Assembly (NCBI GenBank): GCA_041905795.1
Contig: JAYRKL010000007.1
Location: 112,572-176,571, forward strand
Origin: Rhodospirillaceae bacterium
GTDB taxonomy: Bacteria; Pseudomonadota; Alphaproteobacteria; Rhodospirillales; Rhodospirillaceae
Direction: 5' to 3'
DNA length: 64,000 nucleotides
The notes under the pieces were generated by a model. The model saw only the letters and a program-made list of their open reading frames with translations, searched no databases and had not been told where the DNA came from. The stretch's first letter is position 1, and each line of letters starts with the position of its first letter. The translations under genes were made by a program, and so were the position numbers. Below are positions 1 to 9,607 of the stretch, in pieces.

Positions 1-1
1 C

Positions 2-1222
2 GTGGCGCTGCGCAACCGCTGGCGGCGTCAGCAGCTGCCGGAAGACCTGCGCAACGAAGTACTGCCCAAGAACATCCTGATGGTGGGCCCCACCGGCGTC
101 GGCAAGACCGAGATCGCGCGGCGCCTAGCGAAACTCGCCAATGCACCGTTCCTCAAGATCGAGGCCACCAAATTCACCGAGGTCGGCTATGTCGGCCGCG
201 ATGTGGAAAGCATCGTGCGCGACCTGACCGAGATCGCGCTGACCATGACCCGCGAACGCCTGCGCAAGGAAGTCGCCGCCAAGGCCGAACTGGCGGCGGA
301 GGAACGCGTGCTCGACGCCCTGGTCGGCGACAGCGCCGGCGCCGAGACCCGCCAGAAATTCCGCAAGATGCTGCGCGAAGGCTCGCTCAACGACCGCGAG
401 ATCGAGATCCAGGTCCAGGAGGCCGCCTCCCTGCCGACCATCGACATCCCCGGCATGCCCGGCGCCCAGATGGGCATGGTGAACTTGAGCGATATGTTGG
501 GCGGCATGCTGGGCGGCCGGTCCAAGCCGCGCAAGATGTCGGTGGCGCAGTCTTACGAGGTTTTGCTGCGCGAGGAATCCGACAAGCTGCTGAACCAGGA
601 GCGCGTCACGCGCGAGGCCATCAGCGCCGTGGAAAACGACGGTATCGTCTTCCTGGATGAGATCGACAAGATCACCGGCCGCGAGGACGTGCGCGGCGCC
701 GACGTCAGCCGCGAGGGCGTGCAGCGCGACCTGTTGCCGCTGATCGAAGGCACCACGGTCTCCACCAAGCACGGCCCGGTGAAAACCGACCACATCCTGT
801 TCATCGCCTCGGGCGCCTTCCACCTCGCGAAACCGTCCGACCTGCTGCCGGAACTGCAAGGCCGCCTGCCGATCCGCGTCGAGCTGAAGGCCCTGACCCG
901 CGACGATTTCGTGCGCATCCTCACCGACACCGAAGCCAACCTGATCAAGCAGTACAAGGCGCTGCTCGCCACCGAGAACGTGATGCTCGATTTCGGCGAT
1001 GACGCGGTGATGGCGGTGGCCGACCTGGCTGCCGAGATCAACGCCAGCGTCGAGAATATCGGCGCCCGCCGGCTGCATACCGTGCTGGAGAAGCTGCTGG
1101 AGGACATCAGCTTCTCGGCCACCGACAAATCCGGCGAGACCTTCGCCGTGACCGCGGACTATGTGCGCACCCAGGTGGGCGAGCTGGCCCGTAAAGGTGA
1201 TCTCTCGCGCTTTATTCTTTAG
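2..1222 (+). CDS. hslU: ATP-dependent protease ATPase subunit HslU (5' end cut by window edge)
   Basis: Walker A '[15 protein letters not shown]' and an HslU-type AAA+ sequence through to '...GDLSRFIL'. No start codon lies inside the window. Confidence 0.95.
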   Translation: MALRNRWRRQQLPEDLRNEVLPKNILMVGPTGVGKTEIARRLAKLANAPFLKIEATKFTEVGYVGRDVESIVRDLTEIALTMTRERLRKEVAAKAELAAEERVLDALVGDSAGAETRQKFRKMLREGSLNDREIEIQVQEAASLPTIDIPGMPGAQMGMVNLSDMLGGMLGGRSKPRKMSVAQSYEVLLREESDKLLNQERVTREAISAVENDGIVFLDEIDKITGREDVRGADVSREGVQRDLLPLIEGTTVSTKHGPVKTDHILFIASGAFHLAKPSDLLPELQGRLPIRVELKALTRDDFVRILTDTEANLIKQYKALLATENVMLDFGDDAVMAVADLAAEINASVENIGARRLHTVLEKLLEDISFSATDKSGETFAVTADYVRTQVGELARKGDLSRFIL

Positions 1223-1246
1223 TGTTTGCGTCTCAGCAGGACGCCC

Positions 1247-1768
1247 TTAGCGCCTTCGCTTAAGGAGCACGTAGAACGCCCCTGCGCCGCCGTCGTGGGT
1301 GCGGGCTTCGGTCACCGCCAGCACCAGCGGACGCAAGGTCGCCTGGTTCAGCCACAGCGGCGTCTCGCGGCGGATCTTGCCTTCGCCGCTTTTGCCTTTG
1401 CCGGTCACCACCACCACGCAGCGGGCGCCGCGGCCATAAGCGCCGCGGATGAAGCCCGTCAGCGCGCCGTGGGCCTGGTCCAAGGTGAGACCGTGAAGAT
1501 CGATGCGGCCGTCGACCGGCAGCTCGCCGCGCTTGAGGCGCCGCGCCGTGCGCCGGTCCATGTCCGCGACACGGCCGATATGCAGCGCGGCCTGCGGCGC
1601 CGGGGCCGCCGCGGGCTCGGGGGCGCGAAGCGGAGCGGGCTTTCGGGAGTCGGCGACGGCGGGCATCTCTTCCGTTAGATGCCGCGACCCGTGATAGGGA
1701 TTGACGTTGCGCGTGACATACCGCCAGAGCTGGGCGTCCTCCGGACTTAAGTCCCGAGAACGGGCCAT
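1247..1768 (-). CDS. Smr (MutS2 C-terminal-like) domain protein
   Basis: C-terminal 'IDLHGLTLDQAHGAL...VVVVTGKG' Smr signature. I chose the internal ATG (MARSRDL) because it overlaps the upstream gene's stop as TGATG. The 314-aa ORF in the track is an Arg/Pro-rich extension. Confidence 0.82.
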   Translation of the reverse strand: MARSRDLSPEDAQLWRYVTRNVNPYHGSRHLTEEMPAVADSRKPAPLRAPEPAAAPAPQAALHIGRVADMDRRTARRLKRGELPVDGRIDLHGLTLDQAHGALTGFIRGAYGRGARCVVVVTGKGKSGEGKIRRETPLWLNQATLRPLVLAVTEARTHDGGAGAFYVLLKRRR

Positions 1769-2328
1769 CACATGTTCATGTCTTGATAGCGCGACGGCTG
1801 GTCTTTGCCCTTGCCCTTGTCTTCGTCGACCTGGGGATGACGGAAGGCGTTGTAAATTTCGGTGCCTTCCATTTCCATTTCCGGCAGGTAGCGGGTGACG
1901 AACGCGCGCCAGTCGCCGTCCGGCGCCACGCAGCGTGTCTTGTTCATGTGGTTGAGCGTGATCACCAGCCCGCCGATCTTCCACAGCAGGTTCCAGTTGT
2001 GGAGGTTCTCGGTGGCGGCGTCGATGGCGCGGCGGTAGACGCGCTGCGCGATCCACGGGCGCATGATGAAGAGATAGAACATCACGCCCAGGACCATGAC
2101 GGCGATGCCCAGAAGCATCATGAAGAACATGATCGCCAGCGAGCCGATCAGGATGACCAGGAGCGGGGCGATGTTCTCCCAGGGATTCCACACCGGCGAG
2201 CGCGGGTGATTGAGGCGGTCGAAGTCGACAAAAATGCCGACGCGGTCGGCCTGATAGGACTCGATCAGCCGCGCGAACAGCGCCCGGTCGCGTTTCTTCT
2301 CACCGGCTTTCGGAGTTGGTGCGTTCAT
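1768..2328 (-). CDS. Hypothetical membrane protein (two hydrophobic helices)
   Basis: 186-aa ORF with hydrophobic stretches 'IAPLLVILIGSLAIMFFMMLLGIAVMVLGVMFYLFI'. It is stop/start coupled to the Smr gene. No family was recognised. Confidence 0.65.
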   Translation of the reverse strand: MNAPTPKAGEKKRDRALFARLIESYQADRVGIFVDFDRLNHPRSPVWNPWENIAPLLVILIGSLAIMFFMMLLGIAVMVLGVMFYLFIMRPWIAQRVYRRAIDAATENLHNWNLLWKIGGLVITLNHMNKTRCVAPDGDWRAFVTRYLPEMEMEGTEIYNAFRHPQVDEDKGKGKDQPSRYQDMNM

Positions 2329-2507
2329 GCCGTTTCCGCCGCGACTCGGCCCCTGAAGAGGGACCGGCGCGACATAAAGTCCAATGATTTAAAGGTTCAA
2401 GCAGGCTTTGCCGGCCGGCCTGGGAGCAGGTCGGGCGGACCGGGAAGCCGGTTCCGCCGCCCGACATGCGGCCAAACGCGACTCTAGCCGGGAAAGTTTA
2501 CCCGACT

Positions 2508-3791
2508 CTAAACGCCGGGCGGGACCGGCCGCGGGATGAATATGAAGTACGACCCCTGCGATTTCATGCGCGCGGCCTTCTGGAAGGCTTCCTCGCCGTG
2601 GCCCCAGAAATAGTCGCCGCGCACCGGTCCGGTGATGGCGCTGCCCACGTCCTGGGCCACGACCAGCCGCTGAAGCTCGACATTGTCCGGGTCCTTGAGG
2701 TCGAGCCACACCGGCGAACCCATGGGGATGTAGCGCTGGTCCACCGCCAGCGACCGGCCGGGGGTCAGCGTGATGCCTTGCGCCCCGATCGGGCCTTCGC
2801 TGTCGGCGGGGATGCGCCGGAAGAAGATATAACGCGTGTTGCGGTTCATGAATTCCGCCGCCTGGTCGGGATGCTGCTTGAGCCAGTCGCGCACCGCGAT
2901 CATGGAAGCGCCGCCGGCCGGCAGCTGGCCGGCCTCGATCAGGATGCTGCCGATGCCGCGGAAGGAGCGCCCGTTGTGGCCGGCGAAGCCGATGCGGATC
3001 TGGCTGCCGTCGGGCAGGTTGACCCGGCCCGAGCCCTGTACGTGCAGGATATGCACCGCCACCGGATCGTCGGCCCATAGCAGCACGTCGGCGTCATCGG
3101 CGATGGCGCGGCCGTGGTCGATCTCCTCGCGGGTGAAATAAGGCCGCAGGCGTCTTTGGCCGAGCCCGGCGTCTTCCGCATCGAGGCGGCCCACCAGCAC
3201 TTCCGGCACGCCGCTCGGCACCGGCCCGGATTTTGGCATGAAGTTCTTCAGGTTGGCGACGATCATGTTGCGCGGCGGCCCGTAGACCGGCACCTGGTAG
3301 CTGCCGCCCTGCTGCAGCGAACCGTTGAATTCGGCTTCGTAGTAGCCGGTGAACAGGCCCTTGGGCGTCTCGCGCCCGGCGCCGGTGGCGCTGGCCACGC
3401 GGTAGGGCATGAACTCGCGCTCCAAGGTGGCGCGCAGATTGGCGTCGCCGTCGGGCGTGGCCTGGATCGCCGCGCAGGCCGCATGCCAGGCGCTCGCGGG
3501 CCGCGCGATGGGACCGTTGCCGATGGTGGTGTCGGGAGACAATGATTTGAGCGCGGCGCAGGAACGCTTCAATCCCGGCAACGCCTGGCCCACCGCGTCC
3601 TGCGACCAGCCGGGCAACGTGGTCACGGCCACCGGCGTGTAGACCGCGCCGGCCTCGCGCGGTCCCTGGTCCCTGGCTTGTTCACGCTGTTCGGGCCCGG
3701 GCAGCATGCGCTGCATCACGCCGGCGCCGGCAATGGCGCCGACCAGCGCCGAAACCACGGCGACGGCGAGCAGGCGTTGGTTGGGTGTCAT
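2508..3791 (-). CDS. mltA: Membrane-bound lytic murein transglycosylase A family protein
   Basis: MltA-like core ('GYYEAEFNGS', 'RIGFAGHNG', C-terminal 3D-domain-like 'GSAITGPVRGDYFWG') with an N-terminal signal/anchor. Confidence 0.85.
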   Translation of the reverse strand: MTPNQRLLAVAVVSALVGAIAGAGVMQRMLPGPEQREQARDQGPREAGAVYTPVAVTTLPGWSQDAVGQALPGLKRSCAALKSLSPDTTIGNGPIARPASAWHAACAAIQATPDGDANLRATLEREFMPYRVASATGAGRETPKGLFTGYYEAEFNGSLQQGGSYQVPVYGPPRNMIVANLKNFMPKSGPVPSGVPEVLVGRLDAEDAGLGQRRLRPYFTREEIDHGRAIADDADVLLWADDPVAVHILHVQGSGRVNLPDGSQIRIGFAGHNGRSFRGIGSILIEAGQLPAGGASMIAVRDWLKQHPDQAAEFMNRNTRYIFFRRIPADSEGPIGAQGITLTPGRSLAVDQRYIPMGSPVWLDLKDPDNVELQRLVVAQDVGSAITGPVRGDYFWGHGEEAFQKAARMKSQGSYFIFIPRPVPPGV

Positions 3792-3813
3792 CAGCGGCGG
3801 AAGACGGAGGCGG

Positions 3814-4512
3814 CTATTCTACGCTGCGGGTCGCCACCAGCACCCAGTTGGGATCGCGGCTGGCGAGATCGCGGGCGAACGTCCACACATCGGTGACGCT
3901 CTCGACGTGGTCGCGGCTGCCTTCGATGACCGTTCCGTCCTTGGCGCGGATGACATTGACCTGTTCGCTCTGGAAGCGCACCGCCACCAGGGCGCGGCCG
4001 TCCGTGACTTCGAGGGAGTCGAGCCTGGGCGGTTTCAGCACCACCAGTTCGGTCTCGGCGGTCTCGCCGCGGTCTTCGCGTTCCTGGATCGAGGCGGCGA
4101 ACCCGCCGTAAACCTCATCGCTCAACAGCGGCTTCAAGGTGTCGGTGTCGTGTTTGGCGTAGGCGGCGACAATGATCTCGAACGCCTTGGCCGCACCTTC
4201 GAGGAAGCGCGCCACGGAGAAACTGGGGTCCGCCATCTTGAGCTGGACCAAGCCGGCTTCCAGCGGCGTGCCCTGATAGGCGGGCTCGATGTCCATCACA
4301 CCCTCGCGGCCGCGGCGGGCCGCGGGCGGCGGCATCTGCACCACGTTGTCCGACCCGCTATTATCGGGCGTGCGGCCATAGGTATCGCCGGCCTGGGGTG
4401 TCTGCGGCGGCTCATGGCCGGTACGGCGGCCCAGCACACTGCGCAACCGGAGCACGATGAAACCCGCGGCCATCGCGAGGATGATGATGTCGATAAACTG
4501 AAAACCTTCCAT
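3814..4512 (-). CDS. Tim44-like domain protein
   Basis: N-terminal TM helix 'FIDIIILAMAAGFIVLRL' followed by a Tim44-like C-terminal domain. It sits in the usual alphaproteobacterial position between mltA and secB. Confidence 0.82.
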   Translation of the reverse strand: MEGFQFIDIIILAMAAGFIVLRLRSVLGRRTGHEPPQTPQAGDTYGRTPDNSGSDNVVQMPPPAARRGREGVMDIEPAYQGTPLEAGLVQLKMADPSFSVARFLEGAAKAFEIIVAAYAKHDTDTLKPLLSDEVYGGFAASIQEREDRGETAETELVVLKPPRLDSLEVTDGRALVAVRFQSEQVNVIRAKDGTVIEGSRDHVESVTDVWTFARDLASRDPNWVLVATRSVE

Positions 4513-4810
4513 CGTCCGGGTCGCCTACAGAGGGGTCAAAGAAGCTCGGGGGAGCGAGCGGGGCTTATATATTAAGCCTGAAGTGTAATCCCAATATGGG
4601 GGCCGGCGGGGGCTTTTCACATATTTTTCGGCCCGTTCCGCTTAAATCCCGCAGATATTTAAGAAAAATAGGCCTCGCCCGGAAAAACGGCAAGTAACAG
4701 GCCCGGGCCAGGACGACGAGCCGCAGTCTGCTTGTTTCGCCGGGGCGAAGCGTGTTAGTTCCGCGCACTCTTTGGGGGTCCTGCCCCTCAGTTACCGGAG
4801 AATCCGCGAC

Positions 4811-5353
4811 ATGAGCGACACGTCCTTACCCCCCGACGCCCCGTCTTCGGAGCCGCTGCAGCTGGACAACCCGCCGCCGTCGCCGATCCGGATCATGGGC
4901 CAGTACATCAAGGACCTGTCGTTCGAAACCCCGCACGCGCCGGATATCTTCGCCACCTTACGCACCGAAGCCCCTGAAATCCCTATCGGCCTGGACACGT
5001 CCGTGCGCCACCTGGCCGGGTCCAGCTTTGAAGTGACCTTGAGCGTCCAGTTGGAAGCCGTGGCCGCCGGCCGCAAGGCCTTCATCCTGGAACTGGCCTA
5101 TGCCGCGGTGGTGGAAGTGAACCCCGAACTGGTACCCCAGGAACACGTCCATCCGATTTTGATGATTGAAGTCCCCCGCCAGCTGTTCCCCTTTGTGCGC
5201 CAGCTGGTCTCGGAGATCACCGGCAATGGCGGTTTCCCGCCGCTGATGCTGCAAGTGATCGATTTTGCCGACATGTACCGCAGGAAGTTCGGCGACCCGA
5301 CCCAGGCACCGCCGGCACCCGCCGATGGCGGCGAGCCGACGGCGGTTCACTAG
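4811..5353 (+). CDS. secB: Protein-export chaperone SecB
   Basis: 'IRIMGQYIKDLSFETPHAP' SecB core. Start set at the ATG for MSDTSL; the track ORF begins at an upstream alternative start. Confidence 0.9.
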   Translation: MSDTSLPPDAPSSEPLQLDNPPPSPIRIMGQYIKDLSFETPHAPDIFATLRTEAPEIPIGLDTSVRHLAGSSFEVTLSVQLEAVAAGRKAFILELAYAAVVEVNPELVPQEHVHPILMIEVPRQLFPFVRQLVSEITGNGGFPPLMLQVIDFADMYRRKFGDPTQAPPAPADGGEPTAVH

Positions 5354-5361
5354 ACTCTTTT

Positions 5362-6051
5362 TTAAGACGCCGCCGGTTCTTCGAGCTTCGACCACAAGGG
5401 GTTCTTGATGGTCGCGAGGAAGGCGGTGTGCGCCGCCAGTTCTTCCGCGCTCGGCGCGTGCGGACGGGGCTCACGCGCCACGCGCTCGGCCGCGGTCACG
5501 TTCACCGCCGCGGTTTCCGACAAGGCCAGGGCCAGGCCGGGTTCGCGCCCGCCCACCAGTTCCAGGTAGACCTGCGCCAGCAGCTGGGCGTCGAGCAGCG
5601 CGCCGTGTTTGCTGCGCGCCGAGGTGTCGATCTGGAACCGCCGGCACAGAGCGTCGAGGCTGGCCTGGGCGCCGGGGAATTTGCGGCGCGCCAGCAGCAC
5701 CGTGTCGATGGCGCGGTCCGGCGACAACGGCGCGCGGCTCAGGCGCTTTAGCTCGGCATTGATAAAACCCATGTCAAAGCCGGCGTTATGGGCTACCACC
5801 GGGGCATCGCCGATGAACGCCAGGAAATCTTCGACAATCGCCGCGAACAGCGGCTTGGTGCTGAGGAATTCCGACGACAGGCCGTGCACCGCCTCGGCTT
5901 CCGCCGGCATGTCGCGTTCAGGGTTGATATAGGCGTGATACTCTTTGCCCGTGGCGACGTGATTGATCAATTCGATACAGCCGATTTCCACCACCCGGTG
6001 ATCGACCGGGCTGAGTCCCGTGGTTTCGGTATCGAGGATGATTTCACGCAT
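5362..6051 (-). CDS. dnaQ: DNA polymerase III subunit epsilon (3'-5' exonuclease)
   Basis: Exo motifs 'MREIILDTETTGL' and 'VAHNAGFDMGFI'. The ATG at 6051 overlaps the coaE stop. Confidence 0.92.
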   Translation of the reverse strand: MREIILDTETTGLSPVDHRVVEIGCIELINHVATGKEYHAYINPERDMPAEAEAVHGLSSEFLSTKPLFAAIVEDFLAFIGDAPVVAHNAGFDMGFINAELKRLSRAPLSPDRAIDTVLLARRKFPGAQASLDALCRRFQIDTSARSKHGALLDAQLLAQVYLELVGGREPGLALALSETAAVNVTAAERVAREPRPHAPSAEELAAHTAFLATIKNPLWSKLEEPAAS

Positions 6052-6685
6052 CGGATTCCCGCTTTTTGTTGGCCAGTTTGAGCACATGTTTCAGGCGGCG
6101 CAAAGTCTCGCGCTTGCCGAGACTGGAGGGAATCACCGCGTCGGCCAGGCGGCGTTTTTTGTGGTCGCTCATCTGGCGTTTGAGCACGCCGCCCAGTTTT
6201 TCCGCCGACATGCCCGGCCGGCGTAGGGCGCGCTGGCGCTGCAGGAACGCCGGCGCCGATACCACCGCCACCAGGTCATAGAGGTGACGGCTGCCGCCTT
6301 CGAACAGCAGCGGCACGTCCAGGGCCACCACCGGGTCGCGCCGCAAGGCCGCGGCGCGCAGGAACCGAGCGCGGGCGTCGTGCACCAGGGGATGGATGAT
6401 GCGTTCGAGGTCCTTGAGCGCTTGGGGATCGGCGAACACCAGTGCGCCGATTTTTTTGCGGTCGAGGCCGGCCGGTCCCACCAGGCCCGGAAAACGCGCA
6501 GCCAATTGCGGCAAGGCGCGGCCCTGGGGGCCGGTGAGCCCATGGACCACCGCGTCGGCGTCGAACACGCGCACGCCCAACCGCGCCAGGAAGCGCGCTG
6601 CCGTGGTCTTGCCCATGGCGATGGACCCGGTGAGTCCCAGGGCGACAGGTCCGGGCCGTTTGCGCTGCGGCACCGGCCTGATCAT
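6044..6685 (-). CDS. coaE: Dephospho-CoA kinase
   Basis: 'LGLTGSIAMGKTT' P-loop and CoaE-like length. The start ATG overlaps the aroE stop (ATGA). Confidence 0.9.
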   Translation of the reverse strand: MIRPVPQRKRPGPVALGLTGSIAMGKTTAARFLARLGVRVFDADAVVHGLTGPQGRALPQLAARFPGLVGPAGLDRKKIGALVFADPQALKDLERIIHPLVHDARARFLRAAALRRDPVVALDVPLLFEGGSRHLYDLVAVVSAPAFLQRQRALRRPGMSAEKLGGVLKRQMSDHKKRRLADAVIPSSLGKRETLRRLKHVLKLANKKRESDA

Positions 6686-7533
6686 GCTGCCGCCAATACA
6701 TGAGCCCTGAGTTCGGGCGTCACCGCCGGCCTCACGCCGAACCAACCTTCGAATCCGGCCTGGGCCTGGTAGAGCAGCATGCCGAGGCCATCGACCCCCC
6801 GGAGGCCGCGCCCGCGCGCCGCCGCCAATAAAGGAGTCTCCAGCGGCGTATAGACGATGTCGTTGACCACGGCTGTCGCCGGCAGCCCCGCCAGATCCAG
6901 ATCCAAGGGCGGCTGGCCGGTCATGCCCAGGGTTGTGCAGTTGACTAAAAGTCCCGCGTTTTCAATGGCTTGATTGCGAGTCGCCCAGTCCTGGACGGTC
7001 ACCGGCGCGCCCAAATCCCGCGCCAGGGCGTCGGCCCGGTCGCGGGTGCGGTTGAGCAGGCGGATGTCCGGGCAGCCGGCGTCCTGCAAGGCGTAACTGA
7101 CCGCCCGCGCCGCGCCGCCGGCGCCGATGATCACCGCCGGAGCCTGCCGCGGATCGTAGGTGGGCGCGGCGCGGATGAGGGCGGTGATGAATCCATAGGC
7201 GTCGGTGTTGGTGCCGATGAGGCGGCCGCCGCGCACAAAGATGGTGTTGATGGCGCCGATGCGCGCGGCTTGCGGCGAGACCTCGTCGACCAGCGCCAGC
7301 GCCGCTTCCTTGTGCGGTATCGTCAAGTTCACGCCGGCAAATCCCGCGGCGGCCAGATTCGCCAGCGCCGCGGGCAGGTCTTTGGGTTCCACCGGCATGT
7401 GCACATAGCTTCCGTCGATGCCGTAGTGCTTCAACCAGTAGCCATGCAGCCGCGGCGAGCGCGAATGCGCCACCGGCCAGCCCATGACGCCGGTTTGTCG
7501 TGCTGGAAGCGCGCCAGCTTCAGATGCGGTCAT
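6682..7533 (-). CDS. aroE: Shikimate dehydrogenase
   Basis: 'SRSPRLHGYW', 'NLTIPHKEAA' and 'GAGGAARAV' motifs. Start set at the internal ATG (MTASEAG), which overlaps the maf stop (ATGA). The 432-aa track ORF is an artefactual extension. Confidence 0.9.
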   Translation of the reverse strand: MTASEAGALPARQTGVMGWPVAHSRSPRLHGYWLKHYGIDGSYVHMPVEPKDLPAALANLAAAGFAGVNLTIPHKEAALALVDEVSPQAARIGAINTIFVRGGRLIGTNTDAYGFITALIRAAPTYDPRQAPAVIIGAGGAARAVSYALQDAGCPDIRLLNRTRDRADALARDLGAPVTVQDWATRNQAIENAGLLVNCTTLGMTGQPPLDLDLAGLPATAVVNDIVYTPLETPLLAAARGRGLRGVDGLGMLLYQAQAGFEGWFGVRPAVTPELRAHVLAAA

Positions 7534-8138
7534 TTCATGATGACCTGATGCTCGCGCAGGAACGCGAGCAAGGGCAGCAGCGGCAAACCAAGAATAGTGG
7601 AGAAATCGCCGTCGATGCGCGCGAACAGCTGCACGCCCCAGCCTTCCAGCTGGTAGGCGCCGACGGAGCTGAGGATTTTTTCGCCGGTATTGGCGAGATA
7701 GTGCTCGATGAAGGCGTCGCTGAAATCGCGCATGGTCAGCTTCGGGCTGGCGCTGTGATGCCAGATCACCGACCCGTCCAGTACAACCGCCACCGCCGTC
7801 GGCAGGGTGTGGGTTTTGCCGCGCAGGGCGGCGAGATGGGCGCGGGCGCCGTTCATGTCGGTGGGCTTGTCGAACCAGACGCCGTCGCATTCGAGCATCT
7901 GGTCGGCGCCGATCACCAGTGCTCCCGGCAGGCGCTGCGACACCTGCACCGCCTTGATCTCGGCCAGGGTTTCCGCGCACTGACGCGCGCCTTGTTCCCC
8001 TTGCGCGCCTTCGGCCTTGAGCGCGAGCTTCACCGCATCCTCGTCGGCGTGGGCGGGAACGATGTCACAGGCGAGGCCGGCCGCCGCCAGCAGGTTGGCG
8101 CGGCTTTTGCTCGCGGAGGCGAGGACGACGTTACGCAT
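7530..8138 (-). CDS. maf: Maf-like nucleoside triphosphate pyrophosphatase
   Basis: 'VVLASASKSRANLL' N-terminus and Maf-like length of 202 aa. Confidence 0.9.
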   Translation of the reverse strand: MRNVVLASASKSRANLLAAAGLACDIVPAHADEDAVKLALKAEGAQGEQGARQCAETLAEIKAVQVSQRLPGALVIGADQMLECDGVWFDKPTDMNGARAHLAALRGKTHTLPTAVAVVLDGSVIWHHSASPKLTMRDFSDAFIEHYLANTGEKILSSVGAYQLEGWGVQLFARIDGDFSTILGLPLLPLLAFLREHQVIMK

Positions 8139-8964
8139 GCTCGGACTGGTGGGGATGACGTTGATTGTAGAGCTGGATGATGGTGGCCGCGGTTTCCTCG
8201 ATGGAGCGCCGGGTGACGTCGATCACCGACCAACCGTGTTTGGCGAACAGGCGGCGGGAGTCGGCGATCTCTTCCTTGACCTTCTCGATGTCGGCGTACC
8301 CTTCGCCGCGGGTGTCGTTCATGATGCGCAGGCGGCTCTGGCGGATGTCCGACAGGCTTTTGGGTTCGCGGGTCAGGCCCACGAACAGCGGTTTGGTGGC
8401 CGCCGCGATCTCGTCGGGCAGCTGGATCCCCGGCACCAGCGGGATATTGCCGACCTTGAGGCCGCGGTTGGCCAGGTACATGCAAGTCGGCGTCTTTGAC
8501 GTACGGGAGACCCCGATCAGGATGATGTCGGCTTCGGTCATGGTGGCCAAGGATTGGCCATCGTCATGCTGCACGGTGAACTGCATGGCGTCGATGCGCT
8601 GAAAATAGCCGTCGTCCAGCACATGCTGTTTGCCCACTTCGCCGACGGCCTGGCGATTGAAGAAGCGCGAGAACGCCTGCATCACCGGGTCCATGGCCGA
8701 GATATAGGGCATCTTCAGGTCGCGGCAGGCCTGCTCCAGGAGCGCACGCACCTTGCCGTCGAGCAGGGTGAACACCACCAGCCCCGGCGCCGCCTTGACG
8801 CCCTCGATCACCCGGTTCATCTGGCCGGCAGTGCGCACCAACCACCAGTAATGTTCGGTTACATGGACATCGCCGTACTGCACCAGGCAGGCGCGGGCGA
8901 TATTGGTGACCGTCTCTCCAGACGAATCGGAGACCAGATGAAGGTTGTATGTCGGTTTCTGCAT
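8131..8964 (-). CDS. Pyruvate, phosphate dikinase / PEP synthase regulatory protein (DUF299 kinase-pyrophosphorylase)
   Basis: 'LHLVSDSSGETV' N-terminus and 'GVSRTSKTPT' P-loop typical of the family. It is the first gene of the overlapped maf-aroE-coaE-dnaQ string. Confidence 0.88.
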   Translation of the reverse strand: MQKPTYNLHLVSDSSGETVTNIARACLVQYGDVHVTEHYWWLVRTAGQMNRVIEGVKAAPGLVVFTLLDGKVRALLEQACRDLKMPYISAMDPVMQAFSRFFNRQAVGEVGKQHVLDDGYFQRIDAMQFTVQHDDGQSLATMTEADIILIGVSRTSKTPTCMYLANRGLKVGNIPLVPGIQLPDEIAAATKPLFVGLTREPKSLSDIRQSRLRIMNDTRGEGYADIEKVKEEIADSRRLFAKHGWSVIDVTRRSIEETAATIIQLYNQRHPHQSEHA

Positions 8965-9607
8965 GCCGCCGGCTAGACCTGAAAACGCATCCTGACCATG
9001 GGGCGGAATAACTTGAGAATCCTGGGGATCATCCGGGGTTTGACCGTCACCGCCGCCGAACCATGAACCCTAGCCCTGATTCTATCCTGTCCCGCCGGCA
9101 CTGTGGATAGCATGGCGCGGCATGGGTGAATCCCGGGAAATCTCTGGCTGCGGAGAGGGTGTCGTCGACTTTTCCCGGCCGCCGGCCCGAGGATTTCACC
9201 GCCGCGGCCGGTTCACGGTGCGGTTCTCCCCGCAGTTCACAGGTTCATCGCCAGTCACCCTCGGGAAAACGGCTGGTCTGGGGAGAACAGCCGGCATGGC
9301 GGTAATCCCCCTGACTCACAGGACCAACTACTCTCCCCAACCTATCAAGATTCTTTTTCTTAGGATGAAGGGAACACGGGATAACTCCGGCCTTCTTCCG
9401 GGGATCTCGGCCAGGGAAGGAATTGACTTAGATTAGGGCCTCGGGTATCGCTGATGACGTCAGACCCAGGGCGCCCGCCCTTCCAGTTTCGTTGACTGAC
9501 CTTTTTTCCCTTCGGCCGACCTCTTACGTCCTCCGGTTCGCGGCAGCAGCTCATATGCTGTCTATTTTCCCAAACCCTCCCAGTCACCCTCAACATTTTC
9601 AAATCAC
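8965..9607. other. Long divergent intergenic region: candidate chromosomal origin (oriC) and/or rho promoter plus leader
   Basis: It is syntenic with the Caulobacter Cori position, upstream of the DUF299-maf-aroE-coaE-dnaQ string. It contains the DnaA-box-like TGTGGATAG at 9102-9110 and TGGGGATCA at 9023-9031. Five GANTC sites lie at 9017, 9078, 9128, 9313 and 9349. Confidence 0.4.

Noticed and set aside
6682-7980. Long N-terminal extensions in the ORF track. Examples are aroE as 432 aa, the ABC ATPase as 564 aa (48750-50444), Smr as 314 aa (1247-2191) and yggS as 346 aa (34283-35323).
   Set aside because: The extensions are Arg/Pro/Gly-rich and overlap the upstream real genes. Internal ATG starts give family-typical lengths and form ATGA/TGATG overlaps with the preceding stops.
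9115-9175. 'GGGTGAATCCCGGGAAATC' faintly resembles the GGTGAAAATCC core of cobalamin riboswitches.
   Set aside because: There is no B12 box (GCCACTG-type), the conserved downstream elements are missing, and rho is not a B12-related gene.
9122-9436. 104-aa plus-strand ORF, and a 108-aa minus-strand ORF (9360-9686), inside the gap upstream of rho.
   Set aside because: Neither has a ribosome-binding site, coding-type codon bias or a recognisable family. The region is better explained as origin, promoter or leader DNA.
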